DNA from: Lama guanicoe
Taxonomy: Eukaryota
Reading direction: 5' to 3'
DNA length: 64,000 bases
Assembly (NCBI GenBank): GCA_013239625.1
Contig: MU054391.1
Span: forward strand, 1,302,001 to 1,366,000
Of the stretch, positions 59,883-64,000 are shown one piece after another. The position numbers were made by a program, and so were the translations under genes. The notes under the pieces are model-generated. The model was not told the DNA's origin. It saw only the letters and a program-made list of their open reading frames with translations, and made no database searches. How positions within the stretch are numbered: the first letter of the stretch is position 1; each line of letters begins with the position of its first letter.

Positions 59883-60700
59883 TTCATTCATTCCTTCACA
59901 TTCACTCATTCGTTCATTCACTTCATTCATCCAAATGTTTACTGGGTGCTCATGATGTGGCGACAACAGAGAAGCCACAGATACAGGAGTTTTTAAAAAG
60001 CCCTCAAAACATCCGTTCCCTCTAAGCTTTTGCACAGAGCAAATCCTGCCCAGTGTCCTCTGCGGCTTCATGATAAGCACGTAAAACGTGTTCATTAAAC
60101 CTTTGCTGAGAAATCAATGTATGCTTGCAACGGATTCTTTTACAATGAATGTATCTTCTCAACAAAAGCTTTTTTCTCATCTAAAGTCACAAAGAGATCA
60201 CCTACTTTGTTCACCAGATGTACCTTGAGTACCGACTACCTGTCAAGATCCTGCCAGCACCAGAGGTGCAATGAAACGCCTGAAGCCGCCAGGCTCTCCA
60301 GGACGGCACCGTCTACGGGGGAGGGGATAACCCAGCAGGAAACAAGCCAGGATGTAAAACGCCGGAAACACCGCCGGAGAGCCTGGGGTCAGGCCAGGCT
60401 TCTAGGTGGAGGCGACTCCTGAGCCGGGTCTCGAAGGACGAATTCGAGGGCGAGTTAGCCAGCGCGGAGACCAGAGCGTGAAGAAAGGACAGGCAGGGTG
60501 TGGCTGAAGAGGAGGTCCAGGTACCAGAGATTAGGCTGGAGAAGGAAGCCCTGGGCTGATACCCACATCACCCGGGGGCCGCGGGGGCCACTGAAGGGTG
60601 TGAGCAAAGGAGGAGCCACGGCAAGTTTGCAGGTCAGGGGATGCCTCCGGCAGCAATAAAGGATGCTCTCATGGGCAGGGGCGGGGAGGCGGGTCTAGGG
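59883..60700 (-). mobile_element. L2 fragments with an expanded (CATT)n terminus
   Basis: ttcattcattcc...cattcatccaaatgtttactgggtgctcatgatgtg, then ggggtcaggccaggcttctaggtggaggcgactcctgagccgggtctcgaaggacga. Confidence 0.65.
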
Positions 60701-61239
60701 GCAAAGAGATTTGAAATGACCATTTGAAAAGAGTCCGTTATGTTTACATTGACACATTCTGAGCCACACTCAGCCACTGGCATTTCTTCACCTCCGTCTT
60801 CAGGAAGAGGCCCCGCTCAGCCTCCCCTCAGGTCTGCAGCGCTCAGCCCTGTCAGCGGTGAACACAGCAGCAGAATGAATCCACAGAGGAGGAATCCGGA
60901 GCCTCCAGAGGGAGGGTGAGGGCGCAGTGCCCGCCCCGCCTCCTGTCACTGGCTCTTGGTCACACTGAGGCTGGGACCTGCTGGGCTCAGCGTCCCTTCC
61001 CGCGTCCTCGCCACGCTGGAGCTCCCAAGGCCACCTCACCACTGAGGTCAGAGTGACCACCAGAGCGCAAAGGCAAGTCCGCTGAAGTTTGCGAAGAACC
61101 CCGGCCGCGGGGCGTCCTCAGCACCTGCGGAAGAGGGCCGGGAGGAGGGCCGCGGCCATCCCCGGGCACCAGGGCACGGTTCCCAAGCTGTCCCCCGGCG
61201 CCCGGGCTGGGCCGAAGCACAGCAGACAGGACAGCAGAC

Positions 61240-61420
61240 GTGGAGTTGGAGCCCTGGGTCTGAATTCTGGCTGCACCTCTGACTTCAGGTTCCAGGCTAT
61301 TGAGCCTCCCAGATTCCTCACAGAGACAGCAGGAATCAAGTGTCCCCTCAGAGGTGTCAGAAGGATCAGCTACAAAGAAGTGAACCGCCTCGCGGCTTCC
61401 CGGAACGTAGCAGGTGCGTC
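61240..61420 (+). mobile_element. MIR SINE
   Basis: ggagttggagccctgggtctgaattctggctgcacctct...tgagcctcccagattcctca. Confidence 0.55.
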
Positions 61421-64000
61421 CCAGGGTAGGCCTGCTGAAATCCTGCTTCTGAATCGCGCATTATCTTAAATTTTACGATGATGTTTTTAGCTAATTAACA
61501 CTGCAGAATATAATAAGCGGAAAGTTTCTAATTTTAGGCTTTCGTCCTATGAATTCTCTTGAATTTTTTCAAGCTGCCACCAGTTTTCTGTGCTTGGAGC
61601 TGGTATGACATGCTTTCCGATTTAACATACGATTAGAAAGCACAGCAATTTTAAAGTTCACTGTTTCGCAGCGTGGCCTCCCCGGGGACACTAGGACCTC
61701 AAGGCCGCACTTCCTGGACAAGTGTGACACCTCGCTCTGACTGAGAAAAACACAAGACACAGAATAACACGGCGGAACATCACTCTGCACAACAGATTCG
61801 TTCCACGAAAGTGGATTAGGTGCATTTCGTGTGACTCCGCGTTCACTTCCAAAGGCCCTCGGGGAGAGGAATCACCCCAGCCTCCGTGCCCTGCCGGGCA
61901 GTGCTGGGGTCCCACCAGAGACTGCACCCTCCCGGCAGCTGCTGCCACGTCCCCTTGGCCTGGAACGCGCTCGTTTCTGCAGGCCGAGCCGAGAGACCCT
62001 CCCCACCCTCCACACCCAGCCCTCAGCCTCCCCTGCACCCCTCCCATGAGGCTGGTTAGAGGGGCTTCTCCCGCCAGCAAACTCGTGTGAAGGGGCCGGG
62101 GTGCGGGTCTGGACTTGGGTGTGCAGCCTGCCCAGTGTAAAGGCATTTGTAGCAGTGCCGTCCAATTACTGGTGTCCGTAGAAAGATCACGGAGCTCAAA
62201 TCCACAGTTCAGGCTCCTGGGAAGTGGAGACCACTGCCTTGGGAAGAGCGCAGCTAAGACCCAAGAACCTCCCCACGACTTTTAGGGCCACTCCAGGCAA
62301 CCAACGACGCCAGCGTCTGCCCCCTGGGAGAGTTCCCGGGCCCCTCACCCACGTAAGGTCACAGTCAGCACCCTTGGAGACCACCCTCCACTTGTCGACT
62401 TCTGAACTGAATCTCACGCCTTCCTCCTAGACGCTTCCAGCACACTTGTGGAAGACTCCAGAGCCGCTGAGAAATTGCTGGCTGGGCCCAGCCGGCCAGG
62501 CTAGGACTTCCCGATCCAGCACAGAAGCCAACTCTTGAGTCAGTGCAGACAGAACCACCGATCATGAGACCCGCTGGGCAAGCGGGGAGGGCCTCCGTTT
62601 CTCGTGTGCTCCAGAACTACTGATCGGGAAAATGAGGCCCAGAGAAGTAACACCCTCCCCGAAGCCTAGTTCACGTTCAACCGACCTCCGTCGCCGGGGA
62701 GTTTGGCCTGGTGGGAGGAAGCCCTGCTCCGCACCCACAGGAGGGGCTCGGCCCCTCGGGGCTCCCTCCTGGCCACGGAGGAGGGGCGGTGAGCACCGGC
62801 TCCTCCCGGCTGCAGGGGCAGAGAGCGCCCTGCGTGCTCCACCCCTTCCCGAGACAAGACCAAGCCCCCTTCTGCTTAAGGGCAAGGTTGTCAGGGCCAC
62901 GCCCCTCTGTGTCCCTCTCCCCCACAAGGGCTGTCTCCCTTTACGGTGGTTGGTTTGGGGATGTGGGGCCAGAGAGAGGAGGGTACCGAGGTCAGATGCA
63001 AACATCTGATTAGTCTGCCTGGCTGATCAAAGGTCCCTTTGAGGACCCCTGCTTCCCGGCTCCAGCAGGGCACCTGGACCAGGGAAGATGGGAGATTCAG
63101 AACAGATGGAAACAGGTATCAGCTGGGAGTAAGGGGTTAAAGGGAGACAGTGTCGCCCTTACTGCTCACCTCGTGCTCCAGGGCCTCGCTCCCCAGACGG
63201 CTGCTGGAACTCGGATGCGGGTCCAGGAGCAGCCGGTGTAGATCTCGCGGCAGGTGACACCGAGGGACTGTGCCTCTCTGGGCACATAGTTTAAACGCCC
63301 TGTCTTCTCTGCCCCTGAGAATGACTACGCTGGGCATTTTTATTTCCGTGAGTTTTTTGCTATCAAAACAGAGAAACTGGAGGATGAAACAGAAATGACA
63401 AACAGGGCGACGCTCATCCACTCTTTGTCGTGGACAGGAGCTCTGTTTAGCTCACAGTAGATTCTGGTATTCCACCAAAGGGCAGAGTTTGGGGTGCTCT
63501 GATCTGGGGACCGTGTGCCCTCCACACTGGACGCCACCCTGCGTCTGCTCTGGGGCATCTCATTCTCCTGCAGAGATCATCCTGTGTTCTGGCCCCAAGT
63601 CTGGCCATTTGCTTTTCACCTTCCACTGACCCCTCGCATCTTCTACCCCAAAGCTGCAGGAGGTCCCAGCAAGGCATACGCCCACCCCTGTGTGAGACCC
63701 CAACACGCAGCTGCTCCTGGAGCTGGTCCCTTAACGAACTGCGCGGTGCTGACTAGAGTGCATCACTGCCACACGATCCTTCTGCACCTTTAGGAAGATG
63801 CTCATTGACATTTTTACAGACGTATTTGGGGATTTCTCCATCTTAACGGCCTACGAGATTTATAAATAAAAGGCAACGCTTTCTTCCCTTGCATACAAAG
63901 AAGCATACTTTGAAATACTTATTATCATCTAAACCATTAGGATTAAAGTTAATCTGCCGGGAGTCCCCTGATGGGCAGCTGGGAGGCAGAACTGCTCCTC

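Noticed and set aside
1-64000. rRNA, tRNA, snRNA, CRISPR, operons or prokaryotic defence systems
   Set aside because: No such signatures seen by eye. Small ncRNAs cannot be excluded without Infernal or tRNAscan-SE.

Overview
This is mammalian genomic DNA, not prokaryotic. It is GC-rich and CpG-rich, mostly intronic or intergenic, with two assembly gaps (27588-27855 and 38059-38148). Repeats make up much of the window: ancient MIR, L2, L1ME/L1MC, MLT1, MLT2, MER20 and MER58, four ERV1-class LTR copies, and several young L1 pieces with cetartiodactyl-type 3' ends. I saw no Alu, B1/B2, Bov-A/Bov-tA, PRE-1, CHR-2, SINEC or ERE SINEs, so by elimination a camelid genome is most likely (inference). 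I recognise no known protein-coding gene, rRNA, tRNA or CRISPR array. Nearly all listed ORFs look like chance ORFs of GC-rich DNA; the only recognisable protein is the L1 ORF2 C-terminus (39403-39909 and a short piece at 54806-54930). The best candidate for something undescribed is a chain of short AT-richer islands bounded by AG/GT splice signals on the + strand (about 1.0-17.5 kb). The first eight join in phase into a stop-free 280-codon ORF that I cannot assign to a family, while later islands carry stops or frameshifts. It may be an unannotated fast-evolving gene or a decaying pseudogene. Also notable are two same-orientation LTRs 42,761 bp apart that are identical over 180 bp, two atypical L1 integration structures and a few candidate enhancers. 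Repeat family names come from recalled consensus sequences and need RepeatMasker/Dfam confirmation; boundaries of old repeats are approximate.
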